Below are positions 54,062 to 64,000 of a stretch of 64,000 bases of DNA, piece after piece. The DNA is from a virus (Duplodnaviria; Caudoviricetes), in the IMG/VR virus record IMGVR_UViG_3300032030_000026, positions 32,001 through 96,000 of that record; one strand, written 5' to 3'. Within the stretch, counting starts at the first letter, position 1. Each line of letters begins with the position of its first letter. The position numbers and the translations under genes were made by a program. The notes below the pieces were generated by a model that worked only from the letters and a program-made list of their open reading frames with translations, had not been told where the DNA came from and made no database searches.

Positions 54062-57000
54062 ATGGCCGAAATTAGAGATTTTTTAGCCGATATGACGGTC
54101 CCAACCCTATCTTCGCAGAATTTTGCGACAGATTTCGAAGAATTTTGTAAAGCGGTAAGGGATAACATAAATAAAATAGTAAGTGCTCCGTTTCTCAAAG
54201 GAGATCGAGGTAGTCGAGTAAGAATTAAAAATGAATATTTAAAACTTCAAGTAGACGCGGATGGAGCCCCCGTACCGCCCGGAGAAATCGGAGATCATGA
54301 AGAGTGGTCCGATTTTGCCAAAAGCTTGATTTGTGCTATATACGGCACTCATCCCGGAACTATAAATCCGGATCTGCCATTGCCATTAGTAGATATAGAT
54401 TCAAATCATCCAAATGGCCTTATAACTCCGGATGATTCCGACTGGGAGAATATGATTATGATAGATGGCGGATATGTAACTCCGGCGGGGCTTGGATATG
54501 AATTTGAATCTTTCGGAGATTCGGCCGGAACTATGCCGTATGGGAATGGTAAAGTAAAGATAATTTCAGCCACTGACACCAGTACGACCGTGCGTGTTGT
54601 TGAAAATAGTGAACCCGGCTGGGTTGGGAGAGAGTTTGTAATCAGCGCTACCGAAGATAATTTTGATCGGAGCGAGTATTATCAAATTATGGAAAATGGC
54701 ATGGCGGTCGATGTGTGGGTAAAAATTGGAGATAAGATATATTTGCCGAATGATGGTGAAGACGATCCGGAACTGTTCTTCTCTTATGATATATTTAATG
54801 ATTTAGAATATATCCCGGTATGCTATGATGAAGATTCCGGTAAGAAGTTCTTATGTGTACCGTTTTATTTCTTCGATGGCAGGCTTAATTATGTCGGATA
54901 TATGGATTGGACCCTTTCTCTATTTCGGGATATGTCCGTTACCGTATTTGGAGAGGCTGATTTTATGGGCGACCCAACTAGAGAAGATATTGAAAATCCA
55001 AATTGCTGGAATTGGATTATGAATACTACCAATGCTCTGCCTAAACTATATTATAATACGGAACTTGATCAATTTTGTTGGGAAATTGCCGGGGAACAAA
55101 CCAATATCATCGCACAAGGGTTAAAAGGCGACAAAGGAGATTCCGCTAATATTTGGTTATGCGGAGGAGAAGTTACCGGCGGCGTTGCCGAAGAGATTAT
55201 TACAATTAACAGGATATTAGCACCCTACGATGGCATGCCGATTTCTAATATACAAACCGGGGATTTAATTATAGCGGTATATGACGACAGCACCGGACAT
55301 GAAGAGCCCGGAGAAAATCCTCCATACCGCCGCGTTCAATTCGGTATTGCTCACGTTTCAGGCCCGCAATGCTATATTGATTATAAATATGATTGCGAAA
55401 TTATACACAAACTTCGAAATTATAGCTTGCATGATTATCTAAGAAGTATCGGTGTAGAGCCGAATGGCGATAATGCTAGCGGAGGATTAATCACCGCATT
55501 ATATTCATTAGAAAGAGGAATGCGAACCAATGCTATGGCTATGTGGGCTAGCCAATGGAATCCGAACCTCGGCGATAATGGTGGATGGAATGATAATCAG
55601 CATTTCATAGCGCCTATATCATTAGCGAAAACGTCCGGCGATCTGATGAATACCGATAAGAACACTTTGCCTAACAAAATATTAAATATTCTATATGATA
55701 CAGTTGTTTTCAAAAAAACAATACAGGCTGATAATATTGTCACTAACAACGGCATAACTACTAATGCTGTCAGCACTTTGCAAACACCGATTACCGGAAA
55801 CTATCTGAAAGAATATCGATTGGGTGTATTATGTAATATTTTATCAGCCCGAAAGTCCGATAATCCGATTACTGGCAGGATGGGAGAGGGTAATATTATT
55901 AGTACTGATGATCTTGATACGCTTTCCGGTACCGGCTCGACAGTAAGATCAACGGGGGAATTTCTATATATAGAAAGTGAATTGGTTGTGGGCTGGATAC
56001 CATCCCTTATTGCGGATATATTCCATGAGAACTTAAGCGATAATCGAAACAACCCGACGCTGGACATATATCGTGCCCAAAAATATCATCTTTATGTTAG
56101 AGTGCCGGTGTTAGGTAGTATTGGTAAGGCTAGAATTTCATTAGACGGCCGTTCTTGGAGCCAGACTATATATTTGAATACGACATCCGGCACATCCGCT
56201 AATGCCGCATCTTCATTATCACATAAGGGCTCGGGAAGAAATATGACTATATCTATTGATGAGAATATGAAGTTCGAGGAATTTACAAAGTGGCAAAATA
56301 AATCAACCATTGATTCTTGGTTTGCAAGTCATGACATATATTCGCAAATCCGCCTTACCGGATATAAATATACACACAATAATCAAACCTCCCTTGAGTT
56401 TTTCTACGAATTTGCAACACCCAAAGGATTTTTGCGTAAAGATAAAATCAAATATAAGGCGGATAGTGGAGAAAACCGATACTATTTCTATCTAAATCAA
56501 TTTAGATTATTAGATGGAAGTTTGAAGATGTCCGCTAGTGGGGGCTTTAATATAGATAACTTATTCTGGTTTGGATCACGCAATATAACAACCGTGTTTG
56601 CCGATAGACAAGACACTACTCCGGAATCCTTGAAGTGGCCGCTTACGGATGATGGATATTCGTTCTTGAATTATTTTAAATCAGGACAGAATAATTATAT
56701 TCGTACAACAAACGATGAAGGTAATTATATGTGGCAAGGCCGCATTTTAAGTGCTAATCCTAAAGGTAATACGACTTCCGGTAAAAAACAAGATCTTTAT
56801 TATATCAACACATCGTTTTATGAAACTCTTTACCCATCCGACTTCTTTACATTCATTGTTAAAAATCCGGATAATGATACCTATAATGATTCTATAAGAC
56901 ATATTTCTAAAGTACCCATAAATTCAGCAATACATATTTATCCGGAAGGAATATGCGGTTTAGCATACGATCGCGTTATAACTAATAGCAATAATTCCGC

Positions 57001-57082
57001 ATGGAATCCGGATGTCGTGGATCCTGCGGCAGCTACAATCGGAGCATATGTACCGGCGGAGTATCAAAGTCTCCAATTATAA
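54062..57082 (+). CDS. Putative tail fibre/baseplate appendage protein
   Basis: 1006 aa; collagen-like KGDRG and QGLKGDKG; beta-rich C-terminus. Confidence 0.55.
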   Translation: MAEIRDFLADMTVPTLSSQNFATDFEEFCKAVRDNINKIVSAPFLKGDRGSRVRIKNEYLKLQVDADGAPVPPGEIGDHEEWSDFAKSLICAIYGTHPGTINPDLPLPLVDIDSNHPNGLITPDDSDWENMIMIDGGYVTPAGLGYEFESFGDSAGTMPYGNGKVKIISATDTSTTVRVVENSEPGWVGREFVISATEDNFDRSEYYQIMENGMAVDVWVKIGDKIYLPNDGEDDPELFFSYDIFNDLEYIPVCYDEDSGKKFLCVPFYFFDGRLNYVGYMDWTLSLFRDMSVTVFGEADFMGDPTREDIENPNCWNWIMNTTNALPKLYYNTELDQFCWEIAGEQTNIIAQGLKGDKGDSANIWLCGGEVTGGVAEEIITINRILAPYDGMPISNIQTGDLIIAVYDDSTGHEEPGENPPYRRVQFGIAHVSGPQCYIDYKYDCEIIHKLRNYSLHDYLRSIGVEPNGDNASGGLITALYSLERGMRTNAMAMWASQWNPNLGDNGGWNDNQHFIAPISLAKTSGDLMNTDKNTLPNKILNILYDTVVFKKTIQADNIVTNNGITTNAVSTLQTPITGNYLKEYRLGVLCNILSARKSDNPITGRMGEGNIISTDDLDTLSGTGSTVRSTGEFLYIESELVVGWIPSLIADIFHENLSDNRNNPTLDIYRAQKYHLYVRVPVLGSIGKARISLDGRSWSQTIYLNTTSGTSANAASSLSHKGSGRNMTISIDENMKFEEFTKWQNKSTIDSWFASHDIYSQIRLTGYKYTHNNQTSLEFFYEFATPKGFLRKDKIKYKADSGENRYYFYLNQFRLLDGSLKMSASGGFNIDNLFWFGSRNITTVFADRQDTTPESLKWPLTDDGYSFLNYFKSGQNNYIRTTNDEGNYMWQGRILSANPKGNTTSGKKQDLYYINTSFYETLYPSDFFTFIVKNPDNDTYNDSIRHISKVPINSAIHIYPEGICGLAYDRVITNSNNSAWNPDVVDPAAATIGAYVPAEYQSLQL

Positions 57083-57130
57083 ATATATGATGAATTAATT
57101 ATTATTGAAATACCAAATAAAGGATAAGAA

Positions 57131-58387
57131 ATGAATAGTATTTACAAGACATTGGTGAAGCTCGATTTTCCTACAATTCTTTTCGAAGCTTCCGCTCAGA
57201 CTACTACGGGTCAAGATTTAATCAGCAAGTATAAAAAAGCATGCATGGCCGGAGAGACCACATGCGCAATGGTTAACAATTTTATTAGAGAAGCAAAGGA
57301 TTATACTTATGACTCTGGAGTAGCAGAGGCGCTTGGTAGAGTATCCGATGTTTTGAATGCTAACAAATATTCTTGGGCTATCTCAAGTGCTTGTGAGAAC
57401 ATTCAAGCTAATAAGTCTACTTATAATTATTTAGCTCGCAATGCGGCTGAAAAAGTCATGCCTATTTTGGAAATGGAAGAAGACGAAGTCGTCCAATACA
57501 TCAAAAGCGGTGCTTTCAAAAGTGTAATGCATGTAGAACAATTCCGCAATATTGCTAAATCTATTTATAAAGACCAACCTATTGTAGAATACATCAATAA
57601 CTTCAAAGCCACTAGACCTATTTCTATAGTAGAAGATAATGATGGTGCAATATTCTTCGAGGTACTTGGTAATATATATAAGATTCAGGACAAGCTTTTA
57701 TATGAAGCAAAATCTAATGAAGTTAGTGACACATTTATCACTATTTCTCAGCTCCTGGAAAGCAATATGGTTTCTTTAGATACCGTTAATGAAACTGTGA
57801 CTTTGAATTTCGGTAACAAAAAATACGAAGTTTCTAAACAGGATGAAGTTACTTTAATTTCCGGCGACAACAAGAAAGTTATGACGACATCCCAGTTGCG
57901 CGAAAATAACAATTTATATATTTCCGCTCTTCCTAATACGGCATCTAAATATAACCAAGCTGCCGTATTGGAAGCTTTAGCTAAATTAGTGGAGAATTTC
58001 GATAAAGTTCATGTTATGGATAATGTGTATGTAATTGAGTCGCAGTTTGATAAATTCTTCATTATTGAAAATGATGGTAAAGCTGCTGTTAAAAGCATAT
58101 TGTCCGGTCACAATGTGAGATTAAATGAATTTGGAGATATTACGGAGGTACTTAATACCGTTAAAAAGCAAACCAAAGTGGACCTCACCGAGAAGTTTTC
58201 CGAAGCAATTGGTAAGAATATCCGGGATGCGGAAGCACAAGAGGCTCAGCAAATCCAAGAATCTCTTGAAAGTTCCGAAAATGACCAGAGACGCCGGAAG
58301 ATTGCCGAGCTCACCCAAAGATATAAGAATGATCCTGCCAAGCTGGCCGTGCTTTCTAAGATAGCATCAGAATTGAATTCACTTTAA
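57131..58387 (+). CDS. Hypothetical protein (possible prohead core protein)
   Basis: 418 aa with several [ILV]-x-E sites; followed by a terminator. Confidence 0.6.
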   Translation: MNSIYKTLVKLDFPTILFEASAQTTTGQDLISKYKKACMAGETTCAMVNNFIREAKDYTYDSGVAEALGRVSDVLNANKYSWAISSACENIQANKSTYNYLARNAAEKVMPILEMEEDEVVQYIKSGAFKSVMHVEQFRNIAKSIYKDQPIVEYINNFKATRPISIVEDNDGAIFFEVLGNIYKIQDKLLYEAKSNEVSDTFITISQLLESNMVSLDTVNETVTLNFGNKKYEVSKQDEVTLISGDNKKVMTTSQLRENNNLYISALPNTASKYNQAAVLEALAKLVENFDKVHVMDNVYVIESQFDKFFIIENDGKAAVKSILSGHNVRLNEFGDITEVLNTVKKQTKVDLTEKFSEAIGKNIRDAEAQEAQQIQESLESSENDQRRRKIAELTQRYKNDPAKLAVLSKIASELNSL

Positions 58388-58408
58388 TCAGATTGTGAAT
58401 ATAATAAG

Positions 58409-58436
58409 AAAAGGACCTCACGAGGTCCTTTTTTTT
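58409..58436. terminator. Bidirectional intrinsic terminator
   Basis: AAAAGGACCTC-AC-GAGGTCCTTTT between convergent genes. Confidence 0.8.
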
Positions 58437-58920
58437 ATTTTGGGAATCTTACTATTTTATGATATTTTCCCCAAGCATTTGGTGTTGGATTATATTTTTC
58501 CGATTTTTCAAATCCAAACTTCTCATATAATTTATACAGCACATCTAATGATATTTTAAACATATCATCCGGATCTCCAACAAGAACGATATTATTATCA
58601 TCCGCCCACAAAGATAATTCACTTAAAACGTACGAAGCTATTCCCCGATTACGGAGAGCCGGTTTTACTTGTATGGATACAAGTTCTATTACCATGCTGT
58701 CAGTATGAAATAATTTTTTCTGGGAGTCATCTCGTTTAAGTATAAGTTCACTTAAGCCATATTCTTCGGATAATTCCGGATGAAGATTATCTTCCGAATC
58801 CATGCTAATTATAAATGTTTCTAGATTTCTCGAAAAAGACTTTTCAAGTGATTTGTATAAATTTCCGGGTTTTATTTTCACACCAGTTTTTCCTATAATA
58901 GATTCAATAATGTGCTTCAT
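58435..58920 (-). CDS. GNAT-family acetyltransferase
   Basis: IQVKPALRNRGIAS..L; LYEKFGF. Confidence 0.8.
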   Translation of the reverse strand: MKHIIESIIGKTGVKIKPGNLYKSLEKSFSRNLETFIISMDSEDNLHPELSEEYGLSELILKRDDSQKKLFHTDSMVIELVSIQVKPALRNRGIASYVLSELSLWADDNNIVLVGDPDDMFKISLDVLYKLYEKFGFEKSEKYNPTPNAWGKYHKIVRFPK

Positions 58921-58965
58921 AATTAAATAATACTGGGTTCTTCCAAAGGATCTTTCGACTCTTTT

Positions 58966-59427
58966 TTAAAATTCATTGGCGTTGTCTAATAGATATTTAA
59001 GAGAATAATCCATATTTTGTATGATAATAGCCGGGTACTCATATTTGAGATCGTTCATAAATTCATCCCAATGATCTTTGACGGCTTCATATGCCGCCAA
59101 TGTTTCTCTATCCGGATCGTTTTTATATCTGTCATAACACTTTTGAATCCACTCTTCTTTAAGAGATGGGTCCGGGAAAACCACTATATATTCTTGATTT
59201 TTAGATTTTAAATATCTTCTTATTGCCTCATGCGACGGTACTAACACATTATATCCTTGATTCGCTAAGTCTATAGCTACATTACAAAAAGATTCATACC
59301 ATCCAATCGGCCGGATTTTCATATTATCTTCACCAACCCAAAAGCAATCGCTTCTTAAATCAATCCAACCTATTTCTTTTAAAGAACTTTTCCCTATACA
59401 AGGAAAACCAACAACAATTTTACCCAT
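58966..59427 (-). CDS. P-loop kinase-like protein
   Basis: VGFPCIGKSS; FPDPSLKEEWI. Confidence 0.7.
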   Translation of the reverse strand: MGKIVVGFPCIGKSSLKEIGWIDLRSDCFWVGEDNMKIRPIGWYESFCNVAIDLANQGYNVLVPSHEAIRRYLKSKNQEYIVVFPDPSLKEEWIQKCYDRYKNDPDRETLAAYEAVKDHWDEFMNDLKYEYPAIIIQNMDYSLKYLLDNANEF

Positions 59428-59436
59428 TTTATATAT

Positions 59437-60318
59437 TTATTTTTTAGGATCAAAAAATATAAATTTTCTTCTATAATCGAGTCCTAATAAATTGTCAAAT
59501 ACATCTTTAAGTTCATTATATACAACTCCGGCCATATCATTTCCCTCGGCATTCTCCATAATGCGTGATGTATTTATATATTCATTATTGTCCCGGTATG
59601 TCACATCCATTATAAGAGGGCTTTCAATCCATGCACCCCTTAAAAGATATCCTACCATGGTCATTTGAACTAGATCTTCGTGTGTTAGATCTACTATGCC
59701 GGGTGCAAACGCCGGATTTTTTATAAACCTACTTCTTAATACCCTAGGATGCATCGGTGGAATAGCACCGGCCGGCATGGAATTGTATCTCACAGCACAC
59801 TCGATCGGAAACGATAGAGTCCAATTTCCCACACACAATGGATCCGAATTTACCAGCTTATAATCAAGAGAATCCGAATACCAGCAACTATAAAACATAT
59901 CCGTGTTTATATCATAAGTAGAAGAAAACCTGTCGGCGGACATATAATCTATTTCGGATCCGCAAAATTTATCACACTTATCAATATATTCTAAAGCATT
60001 CGAAAATAATATATCGTCGTGATCTAATTGTATAGTCCATTCATCGGGCTTGCATGAGATATGAGTTATAGCCTCTCTCTTTACTTCCCCTATAGAATAC
60101 CCTATCATATTTTTTTCAAAGATTTTTACTTTATGGGAATCTTTTTCATATATGGGGTGGGTTTTTATAAATTCATTAAATGTTTTTTTGAAAAATGGCA
60201 CTTCCGCCGCATCCAGGACTATCCATTCCCAATCCGTATACGTTTGATTCATAACAGATTCTATAACCATTTCGATGAGTGGCATTCTCTTATGTGTTGG
60301 TGTGATAATGCTTATCAT
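59437..60318 (-). CDS. GT2 glycosyltransferase
   Basis: MISIITPTH..SVMNQTYTDWEWIVLD..QLDHDD. Confidence 0.85.
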   Translation of the reverse strand: MISIITPTHKRMPLIEMVIESVMNQTYTDWEWIVLDAAEVPFFKKTFNEFIKTHPIYEKDSHKVKIFEKNMIGYSIGEVKREAITHISCKPDEWTIQLDHDDILFSNALEYIDKCDKFCGSEIDYMSADRFSSTYDINTDMFYSCWYSDSLDYKLVNSDPLCVGNWTLSFPIECAVRYNSMPAGAIPPMHPRVLRSRFIKNPAFAPGIVDLTHEDLVQMTMVGYLLRGAWIESPLIMDVTYRDNNEYINTSRIMENAEGNDMAGVVYNELKDVFDNLLGLDYRRKFIFFDPKK

Positions 60319-60326
60319 AAAAATTC

Positions 60327-61134
60327 TTAAAATTGTAAAAATCTTGGATTCCAATTTAATGATATACCTAAACCAATATAAGGAGACATTTTTACGGATT
60401 TGTCCGGAAATGATACGCCATACCCGACTTGTAATCCTAAACCTAACCCAAATTGCTTCCTATTTTTATATTCATTTTTAGGATTTGAAATGGCTATAGC
60501 CGTACCGTTATGGAAATATATCGGATAATCCGACTTAAGATCCATCCAGGTATATCCTTTTTTGTCTTTATATATATAACTATCAATCCAGACATCCTGA
60601 TTTAAATCTATTATAGCATCACCCTCCGTCTGTAATTTGCCAGTCTCACAATTCACACCATATGGTATGGATACATTTAAATAACGCGAAGATTTTCCAA
60701 ATACGGTAGTATCGGATATTGTAAGTATTCCGGAATCGGACCATATTTCTTCTATGTACATAGTATCGTGCACAACCTTAACGGATGCCCAGATGGTATC
60801 ATGCATGCCGGCAACATATTGTAAGATAGTGATGGGTTCTTTGCCTTTTTCCAATTTCAGGCTATCCGCAAGCTCATTCATTCTTAGCTGCAAGGCCCTC
60901 ATGGTGGCGGCATTTAGCCCATTTTTATCTTTGTAATTTTTCAAAGTATCGTTCATGGCTAGTATATTGTTTTCTAACCGGAACGTCTCTTTTTTATATT
61001 TTGATGCATTATCACATTGCTTGAATAACAATATGCTCAATACCAAACACATTGTAAGCAATATCCATTTAATATTTTTCTTAAAAAAAAAAATTTGATT
61101 TTTTTAAAAATTCTTTAATCTTCTTTGAATTCAT
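60327..61134 (-). CDS. Membrane-anchored coiled-coil protein (Bacteroidota-phage, possibly spanin-like); frame broken in a T11 tract near the 5' end
   Basis: TM helix, coiled coil, C-terminal FGLGLGLQVGYG..PYIGLGISLNW; ATG at 61134 is ATGA-coupled but out of frame by 1 nt. Confidence 0.6.
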
Positions 61135-62501
61135 ATTATCAACATTTCAAAATTATACATTTTAATATATTTGTTCCGTATTTTAGACCTCCAATCTTTA
61201 GGGAGTTTATCTAACATGTCATAAAATTCTTTATATCCTTGATGAGTTCTCCGGTGATTAAAGATTTTAAGTACTAGCGCATCTACGGAATCATCGTCTT
61301 CTAAGAAATCCAATTTATTGGGAAGAAGATATCTGTCTAAATAATGCAATAGTATAGCATAATGGCTATATAAAGAATCTCTGTTGTTGTTTTGAATCCA
61401 GCTTTTCCAATAATATTGGGCGGCGTCAGCCGGATTTGTTTTCACTAGCATGTCCGCCGTGAATTCCGGATCCGTATGAATTGGACCATAATCGGAGTTT
61501 TTTAATATACAAGAAATCAGGGTCTCCTGTGTGGTTATCAACAAGTTTGTGGTACCATCTGTTGTAGAATATGGTATATATAAATTTTCATTATCATCCA
61601 TACACCATCCGGTAGTGAATTCTATACCGGGTTGCTCGAATTTAAACCCTTCGCTGGCCGTAAACGACGTAAAATCATCATTAATAAACCCGATATGGTG
61701 CGTATATTGCAATTTTCCATCTATTCTTTCCGAATTGTGTACTATACACATATATCCGTCATTGTGTTTTATAAGCGGCGTAGATCCTCTGAAAAAAGTA
61801 GTCCCTATAGGTACGGAGCCCTCAAATCTGGATAATTTTGTATCTAGATCGCTATATTTTACCGGGACAATATTGAAATTCCCTAAATCATTTGAAAATA
61901 CACCCGTCTCTTTATATTCAGCGGAGACCATATATACAAAATCCATATCTTTCCCCGGAATAGCCATCCAGTTCTTTTCCGTACACAGGCTCCCGTAATA
62001 GTGAGTCATTCCCGGAAGGAACCCATATTTGATATAATCATCCATGTTATCATTCGGAATATAATACACCATCGCTTCCGCACAAGGATATTCATTAGTG
62101 AATTGGGTGCCGTAAATATATAAGGTATTATCCCATACGGATAGTCTAGGGTCTTCTAATCCTAGAAATATTCCTTTATCTTTATTTGGTACGGTATTGA
62201 ATTTTTTTGTTTCAATATATATTGGTGTATCCGGGTCCGATATTTTAAATATTTTTGGATCTATTTTTCCTATACGGCATATGGAGTTATTTAAATATGA
62301 TGTCATATGGTTTTCTACAAAACCCCAATCATAATGGGGATATCCTCCTATCGGAATATTAGTGGACTGTCTGATAGATAAAACCAGCTTGCCGTTATAA
62401 AAAGCAATTCCGGCGGAACCTCCGACATATCGAGGAGTGGAATCCGTATATAAATGATAGATTTTTGCTTTTTCGCCTAATATATTTTTCAGAATTTTCA
62501 T
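61131..62501 (-). CDS. Beta-propeller glycosidase/phosphorylase-like (GH130/GH43 clan) protein with helical C-terminus
   Basis: GLEDPRL, EKNW, FRGSTP, IEFTTG. Confidence 0.7.
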   Translation of the reverse strand: MKILKNILGEKAKIYHLYTDSTPRYVGGSAGIAFYNGKLVLSIRQSTNIPIGGYPHYDWGFVENHMTSYLNNSICRIGKIDPKIFKISDPDTPIYIETKKFNTVPNKDKGIFLGLEDPRLSVWDNTLYIYGTQFTNEYPCAEAMVYYIPNDNMDDYIKYGFLPGMTHYYGSLCTEKNWMAIPGKDMDFVYMVSAEYKETGVFSNDLGNFNIVPVKYSDLDTKLSRFEGSVPIGTTFFRGSTPLIKHNDGYMCIVHNSERIDGKLQYTHHIGFINDDFTSFTASEGFKFEQPGIEFTTGWCMDDNENLYIPYSTTDGTTNLLITTQETLISCILKNSDYGPIHTDPEFTADMLVKTNPADAAQYYWKSWIQNNNRDSLYSHYAILLHYLDRYLLPNKLDFLEDDDSVDALVLKIFNHRRTHQGYKEFYDMLDKLPKDWRSKIRNKYIKMYNFEMLII

Positions 62502-62507
62502 AAGCTT

Positions 62508-63998
62508 TTATAAGATGCGCTCCACCTCGCTCATATTATTTACGTCGGCGGTTTCAAGCCGATCATTATCTATATTGTATTTTATATTATAAAAATCAAC
62601 CTCCGACATATATTGGAAATTATAATCCTTATCCACATTCCGGATAGACCTCATCAGATATGATCGTGCTAATCCCATCGCTCCTTTTTTGCAAAAATAA
62701 TCAGCCGCATGCATTAATATCTCGGGATTGTCAGGGCATATTGATTCTAGTATAGAAATAACATTATATGCTTCCAGATCTCGAACCCCCCATCCTATCG
62801 ATCGCAGGATGTTTAATAGATATGTGATTCTTTTTTCTATAGAAATCGGAAATTCCGAACTTCTTTCATACATCCTCCAGTATCTGCAATATGCTTCCGC
62901 CGGATATCCATTTTCTATGCAAAATTTTGCTTCTTTTTCGGCCTTTTCAAATCCATCATAGTTGTTATAATAAATGGATGCATTTGGTAAAAATTCCATA
63001 TTTTCACCAAGATCTAATTTTCCATCTATTAGTTTGTCTATATTAGTATCCGATGTTTCTATCATATATGAAAAATTGTCTTGCAATGCGAACGGAATAT
63101 AAAACCTTCCATTATTATATGCCAATCCATTAGTAAATTCTATATGGTGGTCATTAAACGAAAATGACGGAGATATTTTAATGATATTCCAGTCTTTATC
63201 CCATATTATGAAATGATGTATATATTTAGCGACTTTTCGCTTCATTTCATTTAAATATAATTCGCAAGTATGTACAATGGCTATGTGCGTATTGTCTTTA
63301 TATGGGATGACCTGCGATGAACCGCGGAATAAAGTACCCTCTTGCCATGGTGCATTATATATGCCATCTACCCCGGATATATCATACCATTCTTTTTCCA
63401 GCACTATTTCGGCTAGCATTTTTCCACCTAGATCTTTGGGGTCTACTTTCACTATGCATACCGGGTTTGAAGTCCTCATGAAATGCCAAGGCATATCGAT
63501 AATGGGCACCCAATTTTTTTCACAATAACTCTCCCAGGGTATTTCTATTTTGGTTCTAGATAATTCATCACCATCTTCCGTAATTTCCATTATCTCCATC
63601 CTCCCCATCCCGGTAGGATTGTCATCTCGCCGGACTCCTATAGCCAGTAGTTTTTCATCCCACCTTACCAACCTAGCATCTTCCAATCCGACAAAATCCC
63701 ATTGTTCCGGCTTATCGTTTTTTGTTGTATTTATGATGTTGTATTTTATATTATTCTCCGTATATTCACACAACCAATTCCGGGTTCTGAGATGTGAATG
63801 ATCATATTCCGGTATCAAATAATGAACCGGTCCCCAGGAAGACCAGAATCTGTATGGGTTTATGGAATTGTGAAGGATATAATTAACATTTCTAAGAATT
63901 AACCGGATTTTATCACCGTCCGCAAATACGGATGGGTTACAGATGCCGGGCCAGTCTAAACCGGTTATCGGAATCCTTAATGGAGCTAAATAAGTGGT
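62508..63998 (-). CDS. Paralogous GH130-like beta-propeller plus TPR-like protein (5' end beyond window)
   Basis: Frame stays open to the edge (NPSVF..LRNVNY); GLEDARL, EKNW, RGSSQ, IEFTNG. Confidence 0.72.
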   Translation of the reverse strand, partial: TTYLAPLRIPITGLDWPGICNPSVFADGDKIRLILRNVNYILHNSINPYRFWSSWGPVHYLIPEYDHSHLRTRNWLCEYTENNIKYNIINTTKNDKPEQWDFVGLEDARLVRWDEKLLAIGVRRDDNPTGMGRMEIMEITEDGDELSRTKIEIPWESYCEKNWVPIIDMPWHFMRTSNPVCIVKVDPKDLGGKMLAEIVLEKEWYDISGVDGIYNAPWQEGTLFRGSSQVIPYKDNTHIAIVHTCELYLNEMKRKVAKYIHHFIIWDKDWNIIKISPSFSFNDHHIEFTNGLAYNNGRFYIPFALQDNFSYMIETSDTNIDKLIDGKLDLGENMEFLPNASIYYNNYDGFEKAEKEAKFCIENGYPAEAYCRYWRMYERSSEFPISIEKRITYLLNILRSIGWGVRDLEAYNVISILESICPDNPEILMHAADYFCKKGAMGLARSYLMRSIRNVDKDYNFQYMSEVDFYNIKYNIDNDRLETADVNNMSEVERIL

Positions 63999-64000
63999 TT

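Overview
Segment of a large, AT-rich, T4-like (myovirus-type) jumbo phage genome. The host is probably Bacteroidota, inferred from the Bacteroidota-style tmRNA 5' end, a boxA-like leader and A-rich, SD-less starts. Nt 1-2500 carry folE2 and a GIY-YIG (Seg-like) endonuclease. Nt ~2760-12350 form a 9.6-kb stable-RNA island. It holds 41 readable tRNAs covering all 20 amino acids, including five 8/4-fold tRNA-Ser, five short-variable-arm tRNA-Leu and a tRNA-Ile(UAU). It also holds a circularly permuted two-piece tmRNA, about 11 tRNA-scaffold RNAs with altered, shrunken or greatly expanded anticodon or variable arms, two permuted (YrlA-like) tRNA mimics, a ~655-nt ornate ncRNA candidate and many pseudoknotted spacers. 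The rest encodes baseplate/tail, tape-measure and large-terminase genes mixed with glycosylation-type enzymes, plus a block of small accessory genes. Window-wide signals are a phage-specific promoter CTTAA-N13-CGDTTATATA (8 copies), a covarying ~75-bp hairpin repeat at three convergent-gene junctions, and strong CCGG enrichment. All calls come from manual reading; no searches or folding programs were run.
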